Shown here one piece after another: positions 1 to 10,053 of a stretch of DNA of 20,000 nt. The stretch spans positions 299,124 to 319,123 of the forward strand of contig MU057560.1 in assembly GCA_013265495.1 (NCBI GenBank). Reading direction: 5' to 3'. The position numbers and the translations under genes were made by a program. A model generated the notes under the pieces. The model was given only the letters and a program-made list of their open reading frames with translations. It was not told where the DNA came from and made no database searches. Within the stretch, counting starts at the first letter, position 1; each line of letters opens with the position of its first letter. Source of the DNA: Vicugna vicugna. Lineage: Eukaryota.

Positions 1-242
1 TGTGAATCCAACTTCCAGGGCTTCTCAGGGGCACTGAACTGGAGCTCTCACTTGCCAATGGTACAATGGGAGTTGGCCAGCTGACCACAGCATATGTCCC
101 AGTGACTCCGCAATCTGGAAATTCATTTTCAGGTCACAGAACAATCTTACAGGGCTCTGTTCTCAAAGTTAAACTTCGTTATTTAGCGCCATAGGATGCA
201 TTTCTCAGACTGAAAGTTTGGAGAGGAAGTATCCGGTGGTTT

Positions 243-445
243 TTAAGCACTGACTACCGACTATATATTTTTGCTTCTTGTTTTCTTTAATCTTTTCAAC
301 GACCCTGCGATACAAGCGCTATTACACGCTCTAACCCTCATACTAAAGCTAGACACACACGCTTAGAGTCATCAGGAAGCTTGTCCAAGATCCAGAGAAG
401 TGGCAAAGTCGAGATTTGAACCCAGATTCAGCTTAGATCAAAATT
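243..445 (-). mobile_element. MIR SINE, degenerate
   Basis: tttaatcttttcaacgaccctgcga...cttgtccaagatcc...aagtggcaaagtcgagatttgaacccaga resembles the reverse complement of the MIR core and tRNA-like head (recalled consensus). Confidence 0.75.
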
Positions 446-559
446 TATATTCTTTTCATTACATCCTAAACCAGCCTGAGGCAACTCAATCATATCTTGG
501 TCATTCTTTCTTTTCTGGTAATATTTCAAGCACTTTTTTCATTTAAGCACAGATACCAA

Positions 560-650
560 TCAGACTTCTGTTGTGTGCTGAGTATTGTGTTTCCTTGGGA
601 AAAACACGGTGAGTAATCCGGATTCGATCTCTTTCTCCATGAAGTTTCGA
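560..650 (-). mobile_element. L2 LINE 3' fragment
   Basis: ttgtgtgctgagtattgtgtttccttgggaaaaacacggtgagtaa...ctttctccatgaagttt resembles the antisense L2 3' end (tatgtgccaggcactgtgctaggcgctggggatacagcagtgaacaa...ccctcatggagctt). Confidence 0.55.
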
Positions 651-836
651 AGAATTAAAGAATCTAATTAACTGAATTAGACTTCCTTACTATTATTCTT
701 ATTATTTTAAAAGTGAAGTTAGAACTGGTTGGTTTGGGCTCTGTCCCTTTAAGAGAACCCCAGGAGCCCATCGCCCTCCTGGCGAGGAGAACGGTGCCTC
801 CCTTCCCAGCGAGATTGTTTTCCCCAAAGCATTCAA

Positions 837-854
837 CCCCCCCCCCCCACCCCC
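837..854. repeat. C12-A-C5 homopolymer tract
   Basis: Read directly from the sequence. Confidence 0.9.
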
Positions 855-1026
855 GTGTAAAATGTCCAGACCTTGTCTTCTGCATCTCAGCCCTGCTTTA
901 CGAGCGGTGGGATTTCTGTTTCGCTGCTGGGTTTGCCAGCTCTCTGGGATTTGCTAGGATTCTCCTTAAATGTTCAGCCGGCGGTGTTCCGGGGACCCCC
1001 GGGAGGACTGACTGCGTGCAAAGCCC

Positions 1027-1059
1027 ACCTGCCACCTAGTGGCTGGAGCAGGAACTTCA
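1027..1059 (-). promoter_or_regulatory. CTCF binding site (core plus upstream module)
   Basis: The minus strand reads TGAAGTTCC-tgctc-CAGCCACTAGGTGGCAGGT. The core CCACTAGGTGGCAG (1029-1042) fits CCASYAGRKGGCRS at every position. The upstream TGAAGTTCC is one mismatch from TGCAGTNCC at the usual spacing. Confidence 0.75.
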
Positions 1060-1561
1060 CCTTCCTGGAATTCTGGGGCGTGGGGTAGCCACCAGGGATT
1101 TGACTTAAATTAAATTAGTTTAACTTGTTTTTAAATGTATTCTATTCTATTTGCTCTCATTCGTCCTCGATGAGGAAGTGACTCCACCAATCTTCTGAGC
1201 CTTTAGAAAGCCTCAGAGTCTAGGTTAGCTTTGGTCTATTGAGGAAGCTCCGTCCAAGAGCATCTTTCTCACTTGCCTGATTCCGAGTTTTATACCCACT
1301 ACCTACCCACTACAGAACTAACTGCAAGCTTCCCTGACAGTCCCTTGGAAAAAGTAAATTCACCTTTATGACAAAAATAGATTCTTGTGGTTTGGTTTAA
1401 AAATGGAGCCCTTTGGAAAACTTAAAACAAAAATTGAAAATTCTTTAAAAGAAACATCCCAGTCTTCACTTTGGAATTCATCTGATGAAATGAATGACAA
1501 CTACCACTATTTAGAGATTGTTTTTTTTTTCCAGTTTATTTGTATCCTCCTTTCTCTAAAT

Positions 1562-1636
1562 CAGTGGTGTTCAAAGTCGACTATATATTGGAACTACCTT
1601 GGTAATTCTGATGGGTTGCCGAGTTAAAAGCCTCTG
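1562..1636. mobile_element. MER5-family (hAT-Charlie) DNA transposon, internally deleted
   Basis: Left end cagtggtgttcaaagt...tattggaactacct and right end ggtaattctgatg...ttaaaagcctctg resemble the two MER5B ends, with the middle missing. It is preceded by ctctaaat, similar to the NTCTAGAN target preference. Confidence 0.6.
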
Positions 1637-1718
1637 GATAGCACAGGGAACTATATTCAATATCTTGCAGTAACCTTTAATTACAAAGAATATGAAAACA
1701 AACAAACAAACAAAAAAA
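1637..1718 (+). mobile_element. Short L1 3'UTR fragment ending in an (AAAC)n/A-rich tail
   Basis: tagcacagggaactatattcaatatcttgcagtaacctttaat...aaagaatatgaaaac closely matches the same segment in the L1 copies at ~3123-3182, ~5775-5840 and ~19104-19165. Confidence 0.85.
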
Positions 1719-2642
1719 CGAAACACTGTGAGCCTAACTCAGAATGCCAAACAAAAAGTATTATTTTTAAATCCTACACTGAAAGGTGATATTGATCAGT
1801 TTGACGTGCCTTTGTTTGAGAGAAGGCTATTAAGTAGAACAATTTGGAACAACAAGATTCAAAGAAGGATTATTAACCTAAAGTAATTAACTCATGGTTA
1901 ACTATTAAATAGATCTTTACAGCCACTGACCACAGCACTGCAGATTCAAAGAGTTCACACTAGCACTTTTGTGTTTCTGGAAATTTGTGGGAGAAGAAAA
2001 CCAAAGTATATGTTGGGAGATACTTCTAGCTTTACCCAGATCCTCACTGAAACAGGTCTGATGTTTGCTGGTAGAAATAAAAGAAGAAATGGGGGCAGAG
2101 TAGGTAGTGACACTTAGGGTCTTGAAAGGTGTACACAGACTTCTGTTTCTGGGAGAATGTGGCACTTTTACAAGGTCTCCCAGCTTTGTACACATAAAAT
2201 GATTTACAGCACTGTTGGGACTTACAGATATTCAGTTCTCTGTTTTGTTGCATTTTTTTCAGTGAACAAACAATATTTTAAAAATAGGCACTTATTTTTA
2301 ACACTGTTTATAGCAATGAATAAAACATTGCATGTATTGATAAGCTAGGTCACACTTCCCTCTGCAAGATGTCCAGGGAGTAAAGATAATGCATGTGATT
2401 CCCCAAAATTCAGTCATAATTATAAATGGTGCATGTGTTTATATGTTCACGTTTTTAAAAAAGAGGACTTTATAAGATTTGTAATATTAAATGCATGCAA
2501 AATAGGAAACAAGTATTGAAACTGAAGAATTTATACAGTTGAAAGGGGGAACAAAGTGATGGTCTCAGACCAAATATTAGGTAAGTATATGATATATGTA
2601 AGCTAATATAAATCAATTAACCAAAAATACAAATTTATTTTT

Positions 2643-3268
2643 TATAGTCCTACCAAATGATCTAGCAATCCTACTCCTGGGCACATATTCAGAGGAAACT
2701 CTAACTCAAAAAGGCACATGCACCCCAGTGTTCATAGCAGCATTATATACAATAGTCAAGACATGGAAGCAACCTAAGTGTCCATCAACAGATGACTAGA
2801 TAAACAAGCTGTGATATATTTATACTATGGAATACTACTCAGCCATAAAAAAGAACAAAATAATGCCATTTGCAGCAACATGTATAGACCTGGAGGTTGT
2901 CTTACTAAGTGAAGTAAGTCAGAAAGAGAAAGACACATCATATGATATCACTTACATGTGGAATTTGAAACAGTGATACAAATAAACTTATTTATAAAAC
3001 AGAAACAGACTCACTTATGGTTACTGGGGGGAGAAAGGAGGGGAAGGATAAATTGGGAGTTCAGGATTTGCAGATACACACTACTATATATAAAACAGAT
3101 AAACAACAAGTTCCTACTGTACAGCACAGGGAGCTATATTCACTATCTTGTAATAACTCATAATGAAAAAGAATATGAAAAGAAATGAATCACTGTGCTG
3201 TACACCAGAAACTAACACAACACAGTAAATCAACTATACTTCAATAAAAAATTTTTAAGTGAAAAAAA
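2643..3268 (+). mobile_element. 5'-truncated L1 (end of ORF2 plus 3'UTR), artiodactyl/camelid type
   Basis: Contains atctagcaatcctactcctggg, acatgcaccccagtgttcatagcagca, aagacatggaagcaacctaagtgtcca and ggaatactactcagccataaaaaagaa. It ends in caactatacttcaataaaaaa. Confidence 0.95.
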
Positions 3269-3656
3269 GTACATTTTAAACAATGCTTCAAAAAATAAAA
3301 ATATGTAGCTTTTCTTAAAACTGATGCAATATATCCACAACTGTCTTTGCTAAATTTTTCTTTGAAACCCCAGAAATACAGTCATTTTTTTCCATAGGAT
3401 GTAGCATTTTGAAGATTGTTGATGGCTTATAACAGGGCAGTGGGTAAACAGGAAAGGATTCCAGCACTGCCCAGACCACTCTGGGGTACCGTGGGTCTAC
3501 CAGTTTTTCCCCAGAGATAAAACTAGCTGGATACTTCCCCCTTGGTTACCTGTGAAGAGAAGGTCATTTTTTAAAAATGTATTTTTCAGGGAAGCATACA
3601 GTAGAACTAGATTTTAGATTTCATTTATCTTTCTGAGAACAGACAAATGGTCAAGG

Positions 3657-3679
3657 AAAAAACAAAACAAAACAAAACA
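3657..3679. repeat. (AAAAC)n microsatellite, about 4 units
   Basis: aaaaaacaaaacaaaacaaaaca. Confidence 0.85.
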
Positions 3680-3751
3680 TAGATCTAAGGCTAAAACCTG
3701 CACTTTTTCTGTTCCTAGTTCTTGTGAAAGAAGAAAGAATAGAGAGATGGA

Positions 3752-3970
3752 TAGAAACCTAAATTTACGGAGCACCTGAAATATTCTAGACTCTGGGCTA
3801 AGCTCCTTACATTCACTATTTTATTTTATGCCCACACATGGAAAACATTTTCTCATCTCTGTCTCAGATCAGGGGATTGAGTCTCAGAGAGGTTAAATAA
3901 TTTGCAAAATGCCATGCAGAGTATAGCAGACTTTTGTTTGATCTGTAACTCAAGTTCACGGTGTCTTCTC
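3752..3970 (-). mobile_element. MIR SINE
   Basis: atttacggagcacct...gctaagctccttaca...cagatcaggggattgagtctcagagaggttaaataatttgc matches the antisense MIR tail and core. Confidence 0.8.
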
Positions 3971-4163
3971 TTTGCTGAGCTTGAAAATGGGAGAAGAGCA
4001 GAACCAGACCTTGAAAAAGTCCCCCCTCCAGGCCTCTGCTTGTCTTAAATATTGATGGGCTCCTAGCCCCTCCAAGCTGGATGTGTGACTCCCATCTCTC
4101 CGAGGGGGTCCACACCTCATGGGAGTCTAGTTCCCTGGGATATGAACTCATTATCATTTCATC

Positions 4164-4998
4164 TTTTTTTTAATTGAAGTATAGCCAGTTTATGATGTAT
4201 CAGTTTCTGGTGTACAACATCATGTTTCAGCATATATATACATACATACATTCATTTTCATATGCATTTTTATTATTGGTTACTACAAGATATTGAATAT
4301 AGTTTCCTGGGCTGTAGAGAAGAAACTGTTGTATATCTATTTTATATATAGTGGTTAGTATTTGCAAATCAAACTCCCAATTTATCCCCTCCCACCCGTT
4401 TCCCTGCTGGTAACCCTAAGTTTATTTTCTGTGTCTGTGAGTCTGTTTCTGTTTTATAAATGAGTTCACTTGTATAACTGTTTTAGATTCCACATAGAAG
4501 TGATATCATATGCTATTTGTCTTTCTCTTTCTGGCTTACTTCACTTAGAATGACCTCCGGGTCCACCCATGTTGCTACAAATGGCACTATTTCATTCTTT
4601 TTTATGGCTGAGTAGTATTCCATTGTATAAATATACCATGACTTCTTTATCTAATCATCTGTCAATGGAAACTTAGGTTGCTTCCATGTCTTGGCCATAG
4701 TAAACAGTGCTGCTGTGAACACTGGGGTGCATGTTCGAATTAGAGTTCCCTCCAGATATATACCAAGTCTATTTTTAGTTTTTTGAGGAATCTCCAGACT
4801 GCACCAAACTACATTCCCACCAGCAGTATAGGAGGGTTCCCTTTTCTCCACACTCTCTCTAGCATTTATCATTTGTGGACTTTTTAATGATGGCCATTCT
4901 GACTGGTGTGAGGTGATACCTCACTGTAGTTTCAATTTGCATTTCTCTGGTAACTAGTGATATTGAGCATTTTTTCATGTGCCTATTGGCCATTTGTA
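4164..4998 (-). mobile_element. 5'-truncated L1 (ORF2 C-terminus plus 3'UTR) with small internal deletions
   Basis: Starts with poly-T then taattgaagtatag (the L1 3' end). ORF 4651-4872 contains TCTPVFTAALFTMAKTWKQPK, typical of the L1 ORF2p C-terminus. It is homologous in reverse to 2643-3268. Confidence 0.95.
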
Positions 4999-5432
4999 CA
5001 TAGTTTCTTCTTCATCCTCAATTCTCTAGATCCTCAGAGCATGGCCAGGTTAGGCACACCTCAGCAGGCAATGCACACAGCCTGAAGGTTGGTTGTCAAC
5101 TTCCTTCTTTTTCAGGATAGACATATTTTACTGTAAACCTGTACGTGTCATGATTGCTCCAGTCTGTGAGAAGCTGACAGTCATGGCAAGTGAGCTCTCC
5201 TGCCACTCGAACGTCTCCTCCCCCCAGTCTCACGTTGCACTGAAGGAGAGCAAGTGGAAGAAGTTATAGACAGTGACCTTCCTATTCACATTGTAGATAC
5301 TAGTGTTTTCCCGCCAAAGCTAGCACAAGTGTAACCTCTATCAGGAAGTTCCGCCTTGCATGTCCCGTGGGATTTAGACCCTCATCAGGTAGGATGCCAC
5401 GTCTCTGACGAATTTAACCAACCCCTAGAGGA

Positions 5433-5549
5433 GTCACTGGTGTCCTTGTCTGTTTCTCCCAGTCTGGAAGCATCTGTGAGAGCTTTCCTATTGCCTGGAA
5501 AATCCTGGCACATTGGAAACATTCAACAAAATGCTTGTTGAAATGAATG
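5433..5549 (+). mobile_element. L2 LINE 3' end
   Basis: cctggcacattggaaacattcaacaaaatgcttgttgaaatgaatg resembles the L2 terminus cctggcacatagtaggcactcaataaatatttgttgaatgaatg. Confidence 0.7.
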
Positions 5550-5716
5550 TCAAATTAAGGATCGCCTGGAGTTTTATTGGATTTGTCACAATAAAGGCCA
5601 AACTTAATAAGATAATTCTAAAGATATTTTTGGAATATTTTCCACTTTCCCAGATTTTTAGTGTTGTGTTACTATGGAACTTGCTTCCCCATAATGCTAA
5701 ACAATCCACGCATACT

Positions 5717-5921
5717 GGGATGTGCAGATATACACTACTGTACATAAAATAGATAAACAACAAGCCCTGCTATGTAGCACAGGGAACTATATTCAATATC
5801 CTGTAACAGCCTATAGTGAAAATGAATACGAAAAGGAATATATACGTGTTTAACTGAATCGCTGTGCTGTACACCAGAAACTAACATGACATTGTAAGCT
5901 GACTATACGCCAGTTAAAAAA
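5717..5921 (+). mobile_element. L1 3'UTR (about 200 bp, 5'-truncated) with target-site duplication
   Basis: Homologous to 3060-3250. Flanked by aaacaatccacgcatact (5699-5716) and aaaaaatacatgcatatt (5916-5933), which are 14/18 identical. Confidence 0.92.
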
Positions 5922-6854
5922 TACATGCATATTCATTTGACTTCAAGTGCTGGGTTATTTAGCTTTCCATTGGCAGAAGCTACAAGATTAGGGTTGAGAA
6001 ATGAGTTTGGCAAATGGAGTCCTAGAGCCGTCGACGTCGGAGAGTCAGCCCAGGTGGTGTTGTGCCCTTGGACGTAAAGGTTTGGTTGCTGGCACTCAGG
6101 CTGACTCCATCCGTGATGGCTGTTAGGGAGAGAGTCTGTGATGAGCGCTTACTTTGTCCAAGCTCTTGAACTTGATAAATGTGGGTAAGAAGGCGGCTGA
6201 TCAAAGAGTGTTGAACAATAGACATTGTTATTTAAAATTGTAATTATTTGACACATTGTGATAAGACTTGGCCACTGCTTAAATGAAAAAAAAAAACCCA
6301 CATAGCAATCAAGTAATCACAATCAAAAGGTTTGTATAGCAGATTTATTTAAATTCCTGATTTTCTTAAAACTCTACTGGAATTAGATATAAAGAAGAGT
6401 CAGAGCATTTAATATTGATGTTGAGTTAATAGAGAGTTAAAATTCATTTTTTCTCCAGTTGCACTATCTGCCTAAAATGCCCTTTACAAGATCATTTTTG
6501 TACATGAAATTTTGCACCTCATTACTCCTAATTACATCCTTTAAAAGGCATCCTTTGAAAATGCCGAGTGAACAATGTGGGATAAAAAATACTTATCTTT
6601 CTTCTGTTCTTGTTAATTGTTGAGTCTTATTCTTACCTGCGACTTCAGCATTTATCTCTTTCTATCCCAAGTAAAATGCTTTTTCATCCCCTAAACTCAG
6701 AGACTTTTCTTTTGAGGAACAGGGAGAGAAACTTACCATTTTAATGAATCCAGAAGCAGCAGCTTCCTTTCCATCCCTCGCCACTGTCTTCCTATCTTGC
6801 TAATATCGTGTAACACAGTCTGCTTAGCTCTTAATGATGCAGTACTGGCTTTGG

Positions 6855-6997
6855 CTGCAAGACTATAAACTTTGCGAGGACAGGAGCAATGTCCTAAGAT
6901 AGGAGCAATATCTTACTGATTTCTTGAATCCTTATCATAGCTGAATTGGTGCCGTGAGAAAAAGATGCATCAGACACTTTTTTGTTGAATAGAATGA
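6855..6997 (+). mobile_element. L2 LINE 3' end
   Basis: aagactataaactttgcgaggacagg...tttgttgaatagaatga resembles L2 tagactgtaagctccttgagggcagg...tttgttgaatgaatga. Confidence 0.65.
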
Positions 6998-7089
6998 CCA
7001 TAGTTTTGCTGTCTTAAAAGGCATCTCACATTATCATGAATATTTCCAAACATTAGAAATTCTCTCTCTATTGTGGGATTGTTTCTGCT

Positions 7090-7272
7090 TTTATCTTCCA
7101 CCAGGTCCCTCACTGCGTGAACCTACTTGCAGTGTGTCCAGCCATCCTCCCATGTCCGTCTAACAGATTCTTGAAGATATCATATTTCACATCTGAATAT
7201 TTTTCGATACCCTTATCCTCACCACCAGTTTGTTCCTATCTTGATTTAGAATTGAACAGTCCCAGTTGCTCT
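7090..7272 (+). mobile_element. L2 internal (late ORF2) fragment
   Basis: gtctaacagattcttgaagatatcatatttcacatctgaa...ttcctatcttga...cccagttgctc resembles L2 gtctaataggcatctcaaacttaacatgtccaaaactgaa...ccagttgctc. Confidence 0.6.
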
Positions 7273-7309
7273 TTTGGGGGCTGCCCTTGTGTACTGCTGT
7301 TAAATACGT

Positions 7310-7590
7310 ATGAATAAGTGGAGATCAAAGTCAGATGTAGCCTCCTGAGATGCTGAGCTGGAATCAGTAGACCCATCATTGCTCGTGCTCTAGTACAGGT
7401 TTTCTGCTAACTGCTAGTAATGGTATCCACACGTATGTGGCTACTTTTAAAATCACATATTCATGTTAAATAAAATTTATTTTCCTTTTACTAGAAATTC
7501 AAGCTTTTCTTGACTTAAGTCATCACGATTTGATTCTTGTAATTTTTGAAGGAGGACCTAAATGTGCGATTTTGTATCTCTCCCTAATAC
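7310..7590 (-). mobile_element. Probable L3/CR1 LINE fragment
   Basis: cctaaatgtgcgattttgtatctctccct and catcattgctcgtgctctag loosely resemble antisense L3. It is highly diverged. Confidence 0.4.
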
Positions 7591-7598
7591 AGGTGAAC

Positions 7599-7618
7599 AG
7601 AGAGAGAGAGAGAGAGAG
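7599..7618. repeat. (AG)10 microsatellite
   Basis: Read directly from the sequence. Confidence 0.95.
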
Positions 7619-7790
7619 CTAATAATTCTTTTTGGGGGACACTTATTTTGCATCAAGTACTTCACATACATTATCTATTCCCACAATCACCTCTGTTCTT
7701 ATTATGAAATGAGGAGATAAGGGTCCTGAGGGTTAGGAAGATAAAACCAGCAGTTTGCCTCTGAATCCTGGACCACAACAATTTTTCCCC
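7619..7790 (-). mobile_element. MIR SINE, degenerate
   Basis: caagtacttcacatacattatct...cccacaatcacc...aaatgaggagataagggtcctgagggttagg matches antisense MIR. Confidence 0.65.
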
Positions 7791-9059
7791 ATCACCACTC
7801 TGCTTGATAAGATGTTTTTTGAGTCAACATATGTGTTTGCCTTTTCTCTGCTGTTGCATAAACGTCGAGATACCAGGAAGACGGCTGGTTGAATGAGGTA
7901 CATTTGGGAATGCTCACAGAACTATGGGGCCATGTGCTGAGGGAGGGGCTCCTCCTCTCATCTCCAGTGAAGTTAGAGGGTCCTCTGGTGACACTCTCTT
8001 TCCTTCCTGAATCTATTGCAGCAATTGGAATATTTTTAAGAAGAGAAGTCTAAGCTGAGATCTACCTCTCCGTGGGAGCAGCTGTGGAAAGATGGGGCTC
8101 TGGATCTTCTCTCAAAGCAGAGCATCTGGCAGGTGCCTTCTCTGTTCGAAGGCAGGAGAGTCCTGTGCTAATGTCCCGGGATGTTCCTTCCTGGCTGGAA
8201 AGTGTCCTGTACAGGCCGTCTTGACAAGAGGGTTCATTTATGTATCTCCACAGTTTTGGAGAAGTTTTGAGGGTTTTCCCATTTCTTGGTAATTTGCAGA
8301 GTATTCAATAAAACCCATTGGAAAATATACCTATAGAAAGGGTTGGATTACCTCTATTGAGAAGCTGATTGGAAAAAAGAAAAGGAGGATTTACTATTAA
8401 CATGATGCTGGATAAGAATAAAGGGCATAGCTTAATGGTCAGACCGTGTGGGTGGGACGACCAGCTTCCCTCTACCCTGTCGGTGTTTTGCTCCCAAGAG
8501 ACTGAGATGTCTCAGACACCCTGTCAAAGATCCCAAGAGCTCCAGAGCTAAGTTGTAAATGTCCCCGTGCCTCCTGTCTTTCAGATCCCTCATAGAGAAC
8601 TGCACCTGCCTTGTTACGTTGGTTCTGACATGACCTCATCTTTTCTCAGTAATAACACTAAACAGAGTCCCTTTGAGTCACAGCTTCTCTATGAAACATG
8701 GAGGTCACACAAGCACACCGCCCACAACTGGCTCCTTTACCGCTCTATTCATGGCCGAAGTTCTGTTCTCTGAGTGTGTGTGCATCTGGTAATGAAAAAG
8801 AAAGGTCAGGGAAGGAATGACCACTGGGCCATGATATATAATGTATGCAAAGCTCTGAAGAAAGCCCTGAGGGTCAGGCTGGAGGAACCTATATAGTGAT
8901 CCTAACCTGTATGTTACTCTGTCCTGTAGGAGGGAACCAGGCTGCCTCCAGAGCAACATGGCGAGAAGTCACCAAGTCGTGGTTATGAACTCACACGACT
9001 CCTCCGGAACACGTGGTGAGGATATTTGAAGCGTTCTCAAACACCTGGAGGTGTTCAAT

Positions 9060-9530
9060 TCCTCATTTCTTGCGCGTGCGATTTATTAACAGTTCTGCTA
9101 ATGCAGATAGAATGCAACCCCGAATTACAGCAGCGGGCGGGGCTGAATGCAGCACGGAGTGTGCTATTCCGGCTACAGGCTGCCTGCAACCCAGCTGATC
9201 ATTTTTGAACCATCAGCTCCATCTTTATGTTAAATTAACAATTTAACAGCTGCTTTCATCAAAGTTCTTTTGTGTCTATCAACTTGATACTGTCAGTTTT
9301 TTTCCTTAAATGCAATTTCCAAGATCATTTCTGTATATCTTTAGTCTCAGATTACTGATTTGCATGGTTGCTCAATTTATATACAAACGTTCAGGCATTT
9401 ATACACCATCTAGGGAGCAGGAAACCCCCTCCACGGCTCTAGAGAACAATTTAATCCATCTTACCACTCGCTTACTTCAATTTCTACTTCATTAAGGACA
9501 GGTGATGAATAAATGCAGTAAAACATGACC
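9060..9530. promoter_or_regulatory. Candidate enhancer / conserved non-coding element
   Basis: A repeat-free block with a GC box, two CAGCTG E-boxes, two SOX AACAAT, TCF/LEF CATCAAAG, MEIS TGTCA, octamer ATTTGCAT and TAATCC. Conservation was not tested. Confidence 0.4.
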
Positions 9531-9675
9531 GAGCAGAGGTACATTGGTTCCCAAATAAGAAACAGTCTAAAGCAAAAGAATGACTAAAGGTTCTGTTTTC
9601 ACAAAATTCTAATAAGTGGGGACGCTGGAAAATGAGGCAGACTTGTCATAGAAGGCAGGGCTTTTCCCACCCTTA

Positions 9676-10053
9676 ATGCTGGTCTGTCCAGGTGGCTATA
9701 CCACCAACTGGGCGGCTGACACAGGAGACGTTGATTTCTCACAGTCCTGGAGGCTGGGTGGCCCGAGGACGCAGTACCAGCTGATTCGGTTCCTGAGGAG
9801 GGCTCTCCATCTGGCTTGCAGACGGCCACCTTCGGGTATGTCCTCGCACGGCCCTTCCTTGCTGTTTGCACACATGCGCGCGCACTCTGGCATCCCTTCT
9901 TCTAAGAACAGCAACCCCAGCAGCAGGGTCCCAACCTCAGCATCTCTCCTGCACCTAGTTATTTCTCTAAGTCTCCATCTGCAAGCACCATCACCCTGGG
10001 CTGAGGACTTCACATGTGAGTTTTGGACAAAGGGCACCATTCCGACCACGGCA
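9676..10053 (-). mobile_element. MLT1A-like MaLR solo LTR, near full length
   Basis: ataccaccaactgggcggct...gatttctcacagtcctggaggctggg...ctggcttgcagacggccaccttc...accatcaccctggg...cattccgaccacggca follows the antisense MLT1A layout over about 378 bp. Possible 5-bp TSD: cctta (9671-9675) / ccttc (10054-10058). Confidence 0.9.

Noticed and set aside
1086..1101. Second CTCF site gccaccagggattt
   Set aside because: It lacks the GGC 3' half of the core.
2500..2586. Exon ending at the consensus donor TAG|GTAAGT (2581)
   Set aside because: There is no pyrimidine-rich acceptor upstream, and all three frames from the nearest plausible AG contain stops.
4651..4872. ORF with L1 ORF2p C-terminal motifs as a functional CDS
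   Set aside because: It is a frameshifted, internally deleted piece of a 5'-truncated L1.
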